From contig JBNRSN020000005.1 in the NCBI GenBank assembly GCA_051313645.2, positions 142,538,001-142,602,000 of the forward strand: a stretch of 64,000 nucleotides of DNA, read 5' to 3'. A program made the position numbers and the translations under genes. The notes below the pieces were generated by a model that had not been told where the DNA came from, searched no databases, and saw nothing but the letters and a program-made list of their open reading frames with translations. This DNA comes from Centroscyllium fabricii. Its lineage: Eukaryota. Below are positions 25,372 to 35,189 of this stretch, one piece after another (the stretch's first letter is position 1; every line of letters begins with the position of its first letter).

Positions 25372-26087
25372 CTTGTGTTCCGGTTTCGGTTGGAGCGGCC
25401 GCCATTCTGGCGGCCGCTCCTCGAGGCGACGTTAATCTGCTCGAATCGGCCGCCATCCGCGGCGCCGGGAGGGAGCCCGGTAAGGCGGCAAGATGCGGGA
25501 CGCTGATTGGCTGACGGGAGTGAGAGCGGGGAGCTCGGAAGACTCGGGGAGATCCGGGAAGGCGCCGGGCCGAGTGCTAGGCCCCAGGTTTCGGGAGGCC
25601 CCAGGCTCCAGGTTCGGAGCTCGGGGGAGCCGGAGGGTGCTGGCTAGGCCTCAGGCCCAGAGTTCGGAGCTCGGGGGGGAGCCGGAGGGTGCTGGCTAGG
25701 CCCCAGGTTCGGAGTTCGAGGATGGCGCCTGGATGAGAGCCAGGCCCCAGGGCGCTGCTCCTGAAGTTTGGAGATCCGTGGATTCGGGGGAGCCGGCATG
25801 GTGTCGGGCCAAAAGGAGTCAAGTCAAGAGTAACATCAGAAGGAACAGCTGCAGAGCAAGTTAACTGAGCGGTTTAGGACAATTAACATCGTACTGAGAG
25901 GCTGGAGCAGGAACGCGACCCATGATGATGGCGCCGGAGAATGGCTGAGGTCTTGCGGGCTCGTGCGTGCCGGGCAGCTTAATGTCCTAGTTGCGCAGTT
26001 GTTGCGCGGTGCGTTCAGATAGCAGTAAGCATTTCACTATCTAAATTGTATTTAGTACATGTGACAATAAACTTGAACTTAAACTTG
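25372..26087 (+). mobile_element. GC-rich non-coding retroposon with a Rex-like (CTTGAA)n tail
   Basis: TSD AATAAGC (25365-25371, 26088-26094); 3' end catgtgacAATAAActtgaacttaaacttg; CpG-rich body with internal repeats. Confidence 0.55.
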
Positions 26088-27137
26088 AATAAGCAGCTTG
26101 CATCCACTCCACTGATGGTTGATCCAGGTTTTACATGATCAATGGCCATGGAGCAAACTTCCAGCACCACATGCTTACTTGAGGAAAGGGAGGGTAGCAG
26201 TGGAAGTCTTGTGCAAGTATTAGCCTGAAATGCTGTTAACACTTCATTTCCGAAATGAATAAAGTACTAAAGTTATCTAACATACATAAAGCAGCATCCG
26301 TTCTCAGGGTAATCCACTGCAGGGTAACTACATGTAGCGAAGTCGATAACCTAATTAAAAGGCGACAAGTTGGTACCGAATAGAAGGCTTTTAATTACTA
26401 AAGAATGGAGCTACTCTCCTCACGAGTTACAATACAGGAATGAATGAACTTGGGTCAGACCACACCTATACCGGGGCCTCACCTGGGGGAGGAGTCGGGG
26501 ATGTGGCTGACCTGGTTCTCGGCAGTGTCATAACAAACAGGGCTGTGCCTAACAGTTGCACAGCCCATTATTAGCAGTGGTTATACAGTGGTAATATAGT
26601 GGTAATATAATGGTTACCACATTCACCCCTTCTTAAAAACTTTGAGTCCGGGGGGGGTGAATGGATGGAACAGTTCATAATTAGTCTGTCCGGCGGTCGT
26701 GTCTGCCTGGCGGACCGCCGGAGCTCCGGTGTTGGTGGTGATGCCTCCCCGGTCGAATGGCCCGCGTCTGTCGGCGCTGTGGCTTCTGGACGTGGTGGGC
26801 TCGGCTGGGCCCCGGGACGTAGTCGGGAAAACTCGGGGTCCATCTCGTGTCAGGTGGTCGGTCGACCTGCTGGCCAGCAGGGGGCGCTGTGGTGGTGTTA
26901 CCGGCCGGGGCCAGGTCCCTGATGGACACGGTGTCCTCACGCCCATCTGGGAACTGCACAAAGGCGTAGTGCGGGTTGGCGTGTAGGAGCTGAACCTTGT
27001 CCACCAGGGGGTCCGTCTTGTGGTTCCGGACGTGCCTTCTAAGCAAAACCGGCCCCGGAGTCGTCAGCCATGGGGGGAGTGCCGTCCCCGAAGTCGATTT
27101 CCTGTTAAAGGAGAAAATAAGATCATGCGGGGTGGCG

Positions 27138-30100
27138 TTAGTAGCAGTACATAGTAGTGATCAGATAGAGTGCAGCGCATCTGGGAGGACTGCCTGCCAA
27201 TGGGACACTGGAAGGCCTCTGGACTTGAGCCAGGGTGACCGCCTTCCAGATGATCCCATTCTCCCTTTCTACCTGGCCGTTCCCCCGGGGGTTATAACTG
27301 GTCGTTCTGCTCGTGGCAACCCCTTTTTGGAGCAGGAACTGGCGCAGTTCATCGCTCATGAACGATGACCCCCGGTCGCTATGGATGTAGCTGGGGAGAC
27401 CGAAAATGGCGAACAGCGTGGTGAAGTGTTTGATCACCGTTGCGCTCGTCATATCTGGGCAGGGGAAGGCGAAGGGGAAGCGGGAGAACTCATCCACTAC
27501 CGTGAGGAAGTATGAGTTGCGGTCGGTGGAAGGGAGGGGGCCTTTGAAGTCCACGCTGAGACGTTCAAAGGGGCGGGTGGCCTTGATGAGGTGAGTCGTG
27601 TCTGGCCGGAAAAAGTGGGGTTTGCACTCGGCACAGACAGGGCACCCTTGGGTCATAGCCTTGATCTCCGTGATGGAGTAGGGGAGGCTACGGGATTTGA
27701 CGAAATGGGCGAGTCTGGTGACACCCGGGTGGCAAAGGCGGTCGTGGAGGTCCTTCAGCCGGTCTAGCTGGGCACTGGCGCATGTTCCCCTGGACAGTGC
27801 GTCCGGGGGTTCATTGAGTTTGCCTGGTCGGTAAAGAATGTCATACTCGTAAGTCGAGAGTTCGATCCGCCACCGCAGGATCTTATCATTCTTGATTTTA
27901 CCCCGTAGTTTATTATTAAACATAAACGCCACCGACCGTTGGTCGGTGAGCAGGGTAAAATGCTTACCGGCCAGGTAATGACGCCAGTAGCGCACGGCCT
28001 CCACGATGGCCTGGGCCTCCTTTTCCACTGCTGAGTGGCGAGTTTCGGGTCCCTGTAAGGTGCGGGAGAAAAACGCTACGGGCCTGCCTGCCTGATTCAG
28101 GGTGGCAGCAAGGGCAAAGTCCGAAGCGTCACTCTCCACCTGGAAGGGGATGGATTCATCAACAGCGAGCATGGTCGCTTTGATAATATCTTCCTTTGTC
28201 CTTGCGAATGCCTTTTGGGCTTCTACAGAAAGGGGGAAGACGGCAGCCTTGAGGAGTGGTCTAGCCTTGTCTGCGAACTGTGGGACCCATTGTGCATAAT
28301 AGGAGAAAAATCCTAGGCATCTCCTCAAGGCTTTGGGGTTGTGAGGTAGGGGCAGTTCTAGCAGGGGTCGCATACGCTGTGGGTCGGGGCCGAGGACCCC
28401 ATTCTCCACCACATATCCGAAGATGGCGAGCCGGTCTGTATTAAAGACACATTTGTCTTTGTTATACGTAAGGTCCAGCTTAGCCGCCGTGTCGAGGAAT
28501 TTGGCCAGATTGGCATCGTGGTCCTGCTGGTCGTGGCCGCAGATGGTCACGTTGTCCAGGTAGGGGAAAGTGGCCTGCAAGTCGTTTTGGTCAACCATAC
28601 GGTCCATCTCCCGTTGGAACACTGACACTCCGTTGGTCACGCCAAAGGGGACCCGGAGGAAGTGGTAGAGCCGACCGTTCGCCTCGAAGGCGGTGTAGGG
28701 GCGGTCAGCTTTCTGAATCGGGAGCTGGTGATACGCCGATTTAAGGTCGATCGTGGAGAACACCTTGTACTGGGCGATCTGATTGACCATTTCCGAGATG
28801 CGGGGAAGAGGGTAGGCGTCGAGCCCGGTGTAGCGGTTGATAGTCTGGCTGTAATCGATAACCAGCCGCTGTTTCTCCCCAGACTTCACCACTACAACTT
28901 GGGCGCGCCAGGGGCTGGTGCTGGCTTCAATTATCCCCTCCTTCAGCATCTGCCCGACTTCCGACCTGATAAACGTGCGATCCCCCTCACTGTACCGCCG
29001 ACTCTTTGTAGCAATAGGTTTGCACTTCGGATCGAGGTTGGCGAACAGCGAGGGGGGGTCGATTCTCAGGGTGGAGAGGCCGCAGGCCGGGGTCCGCTTC
29101 GGGGGGGGATTGTCCTGGCTACTGAGGGTGAGGGGGGGCAAGGTCCCGCCGAACTCCATTGTCACACTCCTGAAGTGGCACTGGAAGTCCAAGCCTAGTA
29201 AGGCTGGGGCACACAACCGTTTGAGGGTATACAATTTAAAATTACGGTACACGCGCCCCTGGATGGTGAGCGTGACGGAGCAGTAGCCGGTGATGTCCGC
29301 GGTGTGGGACTGTGAAGCTAGGGACACTTGGTAGTTGGTGGGCAGAATCTGCAGTCCGCAGCGCCGCACTGTATCGGGGTGAATAAAGCTCTCGGTACTG
29401 CCCGTGTCGAGAAGGCAGTCGACAGTATGGTTATTAATCCCAATCGATATGATTGAGTTAGACAGGTGATGGGGCCTGCTTTGACTAACTCTGGCTGCAG
29501 CAGCCCCTGCTGATAGGGACTGTGCACAAAATGGCGCCGCCCCTGGCTCGCACATGGAGGGGCCCTGGATGCAAGATGGCGCCGCCCCTGGCTCGCACAT
29601 GGAGGGGCCCTGGATGCAAGATGGCGTCGCCCCTGGCCCGCAGCTGGTGGGACCCCGTGTAAAAGATGGTGGCGCCCCTGGCTCGCACATGGAGGGGCCC
29701 TGGATGCAAGATGGCGCCTTCCGTGGCTCGCACATGGAGGGGCCTAGGTTGTGGAGTGGCGTTTCTGAGGGGCTCTGACGCGCTGGCGGCGCCCGTGATT
29801 CACACGCAGCGAACCGCGGTGGTCGGGTTGGCGGTGCCCGTGATTCGCACGCAGCGAACCGCGGTGAACGCGCTGGCGGCGCCCGTGATTCGCACGCAGC
29901 GAACCGCGGTGAACGCGCTGGTGGTGCCCGTGATTCGCACGCAGCGAACCGCGGTGGTCGGGTTGGCGGTGCCCGTGATTCGCACGCAGCCGGCCGCGTT
30001 GTAGGGTCGCGCTTGGCCGGTCGCCGCTGCATCGGGGTGGGGGAAGGGGGTGCTTGCCGTCGCTGGATTGCACTGCTAACGCAGCTTACCTGCTGGTGGT

Positions 30101-30353
30101 TGATCTCACAGGCTGCACTGTTGTACCTTTTCTTAATCGCTGCTGGAGCCGATTTGCAGACCTTGGCGAAGTGTCCCTTCTTTGCGCATTTCTCGCAGGT
30201 CGCTACCCTGGCTGGGCATTTCGCTCTGGGATGCAATCCTTGGCCGCAGAAGTAACAGTGCTTGTTTTTAATGTTTTTAGTGTCCGTGGTGGCCGTCGCG
30301 GCCATCGTGGGGCTCTCGGGCCGTGGCCCCTGTTGTGGCGTGGCGCGGCCCAT
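27138..30353 (-). CDS. Gypsy B nucleocapsid-pol (Zn knuckles, protease, RT, RNase H, integrase); integrase C-terminus frameshifted (continues to ~26623)
   Basis: 1071-aa ORF: CYFCGQGLH..C, CEKCAKKGH..C, LLDTGS, YLDNV, ESDASD, HDRLCH..CPVC, VDFKG, HSDRG, GQVEREN. Confidence 0.9.
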   Translation of the reverse strand: MGRATPQQGPRPESPTMAATATTDTKNIKNKHCYFCGQGLHPRAKCPARVATCEKCAKKGHFAKVCKSAPAAIKKRYNSAACEINHQQVSCVSSAIQRRQAPPSPTPMQRRPAKRDPTTRPAACESRAPPTRPPRFAACESRAPPARSPRFAACESRAPPARSPRFAACESRAPPTRPPRFAACESRAPPARQSPSETPLHNLGPSMCEPRKAPSCIQGPSMCEPGAPPSFTRGPTSCGPGATPSCIQGPSMCEPGAAPSCIQGPSMCEPGAAPFCAQSLSAGAAAARVSQSRPHHLSNSIISIGINNHTVDCLLDTGSTESFIHPDTVRRCGLQILPTNYQVSLASQSHTADITGYCSVTLTIQGRVYRNFKLYTLKRLCAPALLGLDFQCHFRSVTMEFGGTLPPLTLSSQDNPPPKRTPACGLSTLRIDPPSLFANLDPKCKPIATKSRRYSEGDRTFIRSEVGQMLKEGIIEASTSPWRAQVVVVKSGEKQRLVIDYSQTINRYTGLDAYPLPRISEMVNQIAQYKVFSTIDLKSAYHQLPIQKADRPYTAFEANGRLYHFLRVPFGVTNGVSVFQREMDRMVDQNDLQATFPYLDNVTICGHDQQDHDANLAKFLDTAAKLDLTYNKDKCVFNTDRLAIFGYVVENGVLGPDPQRMRPLLELPLPHNPKALRRCLGFFSYYAQWVPQFADKARPLLKAAVFPLSVEAQKAFARTKEDIIKATMLAVDESIPFQVESDASDFALAATLNQAGRPVAFFSRTLQGPETRHSAVEKEAQAIVEAVRYWRHYLAGKHFTLLTDQRSVAFMFNNKLRGKIKNDKILRWRIELSTYEYDILYRPGKLNEPPDALSRGTCASAQLDRLKDLHDRLCHPGVTRLAHFVKSRSLPYSITEIKAMTQGCPVCAECKPHFFRPDTTHLIKATRPFERLSVDFKGPLPSTDRNSYFLTVVDEFSRFPFAFPCPDMTSATVIKHFTTLFAIFGLPSYIHSDRGSSFMSDELRQFLLQKGVATSRTTSYNPRGNGQVERENGIIWKAVTLAQVQRPSSVPLAGSPPRCAALYLITTMYCY
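29525..29995. repeat. Two in-frame 45-bp tandem repeat arrays between nucleocapsid and protease
   Basis: Encode (AACESRAPPxRxPRF)n and (CIQGPSMCEPGAxPS)n. Confidence 0.85.
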
Positions 30354-30916
30354 ACATTGTAGGCTTGCTGGTTTGTGCTGCCGTACGTCTGTGATTTATT
30401 ACGGGCCCCTTCCACCGATTTGGCCAACGTGATTGCCTCCTCAAGGGTCAAGTTATCCCTTTCCAGTAGCCTCTGATGGGCTTCTCCGCATCTCAGCCCA
30501 GAAACATAAGCGTCCCGAATGAGGAGTTCTTCCTCCTGTGCAATAGTTAATGTGCCCTTGCAGCTACATGCCCGTACCAGGGCCCGGAGCGCTTGCTCAA
30601 ACTCCTCGTTAGACTCACCCGGTAGCTGGGATCGGGTCGCTAGCATGTGTCGGGCGTAGACGGAATGGACCGGGCGCTCATAGCACTTCTTGAGGGTCGC
30701 CACAGTTTCTTCGTATGTAGTAATGTCCATGACGAGGGTGAAAACCCTGCTGGAGATCCTGGATCTCAGGACTTGTAGCTTGTCCCCGTCCGTAGTAGCC
30801 TTGGCGGCTGCTGTATAGGCCTGTAGTAGGCCGAACCAGTGCTTGAAGGTAGCTGGTGCCGCGGCGTCCTGGGGGCTAATGTCCAGCTCCCTAGGCTTTA
30901 CCGTGTTGCTCTCCAT
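30203..30916 (-). CDS. Gypsy B gag (capsid part)
   Basis: 237-aa ORF starting just after the PBS; similar to Gypsy A gag (YERP..ARH.L.TR.Q..E). Confidence 0.8.
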   Translation of the reverse strand: MESNTVKPRELDISPQDAAAPATFKHWFGLLQAYTAAAKATTDGDKLQVLRSRISSRVFTLVMDITTYEETVATLKKCYERPVHSVYARHMLATRSQLPGESNEEFEQALRALVRACSCKGTLTIAQEEELLIRDAYVSGLRCGEAHQRLLERDNLTLEEAITLAKSVEGARNKSQTYGSTNQQAYNVWAAPRHNRGHGPRAPRWPRRPPRTLKTLKTSTVTSAAKDCIPERNAQPG

Positions 30917-30922
30917 TTAAAA

Positions 30923-30936
30923 TTTAGTAATTAAAA
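30923..30936 (-). promoter_or_regulatory. Non-tRNA primer-binding site of Gypsy B, complementary to its own LTR (30994-31007)
   Basis: Sense TTTTAATTACTAAA, 1 nt after the 5' LTR, is the exact complement of sense TTTAGTAATTAAAA in the LTR. Confidence 0.72.
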
Positions 30937-31652
30937 TTGTAGCGAAGTCGATAACCTAATTAAAAGGCGACAAGTCGGTACCGAATAGAAGGCTTTTAAT
31001 TACTAAAGAATGGAGCTACTCTCCTCACGAGTTACAATACAGGAATGAATGAACTTGGGTCAGACCACACCTATACCGGGGCCTCACCTGGGGGAGGAGT
31101 CGGGGGTGTGGCTGACCTGGTTCTCGGCAGTGTCATAACAAACAGGGCTGTGCCTAACAGTTGCACAGCCCATTATTAGCAGTGGTTATACAGTGGTAAT
31201 ATAGTGGTAATATAATGGTTACCACACTACAATAATCTTCCAATGATTATGTCACAAATTGAATCTTTCAGTGAGAGCATCACGCATGAACTGAATACAA
31301 TGCTCTGCCAATGTTGGCCAGAACATTTGCCTTCGGGGGAGGGGAGAGCATCTTCCACATAGCAACAAGTTAGATGTCAATCTTGGTCAAAAATGCTGCT
31401 ATAAATAGTTAATTAAATATGGTTAAGCAGGAGTATTCAGATGACTTGCGTTCAGACTGTCATCTGAACCCTTCAAATTAGATTATTTTACAATCACTCC
31501 CATAATCCTCTATCTGAATGTTTTAAGTGGAACTATCAGAAGTGTTGGCATGCCCATTGACTTGTTCCAGTAATTGCAGTGTTTAGAACGCACCTGTATT
31601 ATAACCAGCTACTGCCCAGCTTACTTGCTGAATCTGTCAACTCAGTCTAATT

Positions 31653-32549
31653 CAAGGGTTCTCAACCGTGGGTCTGCGAGAAGATTTTAAGGAGTCCACC
31701 AGTTGGTTTGTCCCATCAATATACAGGGGAGACTACTGATCAGCAGTCTCCCTTGCACATTGAGACAAGTGGAATAGCCTCATTGACAGAGACTGTGCAT
31801 GCGCAGTCAATTCAGGTTCTTACTGCTGGACACCATTTGTTAGGTTAGGCAAGTCCCTTTGCGTGTCACTGACTTTTACAGCAGCATTTAACACGGTAAG
31901 TTTTTTTTTAAATCCAGCCCTATTCACTTCCATGTTCATAAACCACTCACCACTTTTAATTATTAAATAAAATAATGGGAGTTATAACCTCTCTTCTGGG
32001 GGAGTAAAACCAGAATTAGTGGAGGGGAAATCCACGAGTTAGTCCGACGTTGCGTGGGCTGAGGTAACACGAGCCTTCCTTTCAAACATTTTCTTTCCCC
32101 TCATGTGGAGCCACCCAGTGTTGGTTGGAAGCCGCTTGTGTGTTTGAAAGTAAAAAAATATTCTTGGTGTTTTGAGATGGGGGGTGGAGCGCCGTTAATG
32201 GAGAGAGTGCACGCGCCATGTGGCCTTGGGTGGGGGTAAGGGGAACGGAAAGAGACTTTCCAGTCTTTGGGCCTGCGACAAGGCTGTAATAATTGGGGTC
32301 CAGTGTGACTCTCTCCTTCAACGTCTTCAGTCTGAGTTAATAAATAGCTGAAGACATTATCATAATTATTAGTTCTCACCAGCAACAAGTTTAACATTAA
32401 GTAAAACAAAAATAATAATAAAATATATATGCTTAATTGTATAACTAATTTTTATGCAGAAAAAAATTCTTGTGTTGTGTTACGGGGGTCCGCGGAACTT
32501 TTATAACACAGGAAGGGGACCTCAGAAGCAAAAAAGTTGAGAAACCCTG
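31653..32549. mobile_element. hAT-type non-autonomous element
   Basis: TIRs CAAGGGTTCTCAAC / GTTGAGAAACCCTG; flanks gtctaatt / ctctacgc (degenerate 8-bp TSD). Confidence 0.6.
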
Positions 32550-34516
32550 CTCTACGCAAATGTACAATATTCTGCAACAGGTATTACAGATAGATCTACA
32601 ATCTTCAATTTACATTTCCCTCTGAAAGATGTGTGATACACTGACATTTTTAAGCTTGCTAAGAATTTTTCTAATAATTTAATCATCCAAAATTAAACAA
32701 GCATTAGATTGCGAATAATTTAGAATCTACTAGCAATCACATTCTGGTTATTTGTTCCCGGAGTGAAAGGGGAATGTGGTGAAAGAGTTATGTCAGTTTC
32801 TGCACAATCATTTTGGTATATGGAAACTAAACTGGTTTAAAGGGAATAATTTATTTCATTTTAAAGTCCACTATTCCAACTAAACACAGACTAACATTCG
32901 CATTATTTCATATTATCTGTGTTGTCCATGTTCCCTTCCCAACTGGTAAGGTTCAGAATGTAATATCTATGTGTGTGTTTTACACACGCTGTCTCTACCA
33001 ATCTGTGTCTCCGTTGGGGAAATACCTCTTAAGGATAACATTTTTGGGGGAAAGAAGCAGGTAGTCAAGGGAATTAAAATTATCTACAAAATTTTTAAAA
33101 AACATTAACGGAGATAATCTAAATATCATGTTTAAAGTAAAGACTAATGAATCTATATTTTCATTTTGAATGGAAAAAATATTTTTAAATCACTGATAAC
33201 GGCATTGAAAACCATAAACTCATTTAAGTTCTGCTACATATTAAACTTGAATTATATCTTCAAGGAACAAAGTGAAATTTTAGTAACTGAAGTTCAAAAT
33301 AATTATTTAACAATGTCATTAAAAATATTTTTGCTTCAATTTTCAACGTTTATTAGAATTGTTTCCCTTTTCCTAATTCCTGAAGACGTGCAAGAATGGA
33401 CCCAATTCAGTTTAAAAAGCTTAACATTCTCCTTCGGCAGAACTCTTTCCAATATAGCAATGACAGATTGATTGACAGACATCAAATGCGGTCTATCAAC
33501 AATAACAGCACCACTGGCAAAACTCTAAATATTTCTCAATACACAATGCACCAACATATCAGCCAAGATCAGATTGCAAGTGCATTCCATTTGTTTTCAA
33601 TAACTGATTGTGAGAAATTACAATTAGGACTGACGAAACACATTTTATTTTCTAATTGATATGTATCTGTGAGTCATTACTTAATAATGCATTTACCTCT
33701 TGATTTCAATGAACTGAAACAGAGGTTATGATCTGACCTGGTATCCTCCATCATATAACAGAGTCGCTCCTTCAATTTAACCTTTACTGCCCTTGCAACG
33801 ATCACCTGCAACTTCATTTTAACTGGTAAATGGAGAGAAGGGAGAAAGACTCTGGCCTCAAAGAAAGCATTCATTCATTTTGAGATGTTGTGTTAATTGG
33901 TTAGGAGGAGGAAATGTCAGAAACGTTATGCATTTGCATGGTTACTATACACAGGCATTGTTCTTCATGTTGCATTCATTCCAAACAAGGGCAGTAGGGG
34001 TTATCAGTCAGAACTGTGAGAAGACAGGAAATAAACCTGCAGGAAGCAACTGAGATACTCAATGTAGCTCTCAAACAAGAGGCAAAAGCAGACGGAAGAA
34101 ATGAGCTGCACAAAGAGTAAAATCTGTTTAAGACAGCCCTCAAAACTGAGTTATACCACATTTAATGAGTCAAAGCATGAATAACATTTCTAAAAATCGG
34201 CAATGCAATGAACAGATGAAGGTTTCTGTTAAAACCCTTTCTTTCTCACCTTTTAAAAAAGAACTGCTCTATAATACAGGGATGAAAGCCACAGCCAGGT
34301 ATATCTGGATTACAGACACTTTTTTCCACAAGATTTGAAACGTTTGTGACCAATGCAAACAGGAGTCGATAATGCATCAGATAAAACTGCAGGGGAGATT
34401 ACCTTCTGCGAGCAGCAATTATAACCTTACAAAACAACCTCACCTTCCAGGGATTACTAAAAGAGCACTGGTGAAGCCAAAATTGCAGACATGTCATTTT
34501 CTGTGGCTGTTCTTAC

Positions 34517-34565
34517 CTTTTTGTTGTTTTCTTTAATATCCTGAGGATTCAGAGATTTGTAGTCA
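34517..34565 (-). CDS. Candidate 49-nt internal exon of an unidentified host gene (xDYKSLNPQDIKENNKK)
   Basis: Long polypyrimidine tract plus CAG acceptor, AAG|GTAAGA donor, only one open frame, in a repeat-poor region. Confidence 0.55.
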
Positions 34566-35079
34566 CTGGGGGAGGGGGAAGAAGAGAGGACGAGAAAGCA
34601 ATGGGTATTTAGTGTTCACTTTAAATTAAGCAAAAAAATATACAACAGGAAAATAATTATAGCAATAATGACATTATGTAGTAAGTAGTGATTTCATTGC
34701 AAAGCAATCAATGAAACAGGCAGAGTGGAAAATAAAGGTAACCACAAAAATCACATTTTCCCCCAAAGCATTCCATCTAGCAGAAGTGAAGAGGTAAACA
34801 CCAGAGGCTAGCCTTTTAAACCAAATTTACCATCCAGTAATCCTTTGCTGTCAGCGTACACAGAGCTAAAAGCTTATTTGTCTTATCCAGTAAATACCAA
34901 CATTTTATTTGTAAATTTCCTGAAGACAGTTCTATCGGACAGATTAACACTAAGAAATGTTAACATCGTTTCAGCAATACAAAGCCAAAGTGAGAAAAAA
35001 ATGGATTTGTGAATGAAAGGGTTTCTCTCCCACCAGAAAAAAGGCGTCAATCATTTTGGGAAGGAGGCAAAGAGACAGT

Positions 35080-35189
35080 GGGGATGAAATTCAAGTTTGG
35101 CAGAGACACAAAAGGGGTGTTAGTGGATCGGCCGTCCGCTGCACGTTCTGCCCGCTACACGCCCCATTCGAAGTTGAAATTCACTCCCA
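35080..35189. mobile_element. Small MITE-like element
   Basis: GGGGATGAAATTCAA ... TTGAAATTCACTCCC imperfect inverted ends. Confidence 0.4.

Larger units (their letters stand above)
26333..31226 (-). mobile_element. Full-length young Gypsy/Ty3 LTR retrotransposon B
   Basis: 289-bp LTRs 26333-26621 and 30938-31226 (two substitutions seen); perfect TSD CTACA; PPT GAAGGGGTGAA before the 3' LTR. Confidence 0.95.

Noticed and set aside
25300-25560. Host gene promoter or first exon
   Set aside because: Lies within a TSD-flanked unit with a retroposon tail; treated as a mobile element, though later co-option is not excluded
29525-29995. CRISPR-like repeat array
   Set aside because: Head-to-tail coding repeats without unique spacers, inside a eukaryotic retrotransposon
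30203-30353. Programmed gag/pol frameshift in Gypsy B
   Set aside because: The shift falls before the zinc knuckles, no clear slippery heptamer is evident, and element A breaks at a different position; a mutation or sequencing indel is more likely
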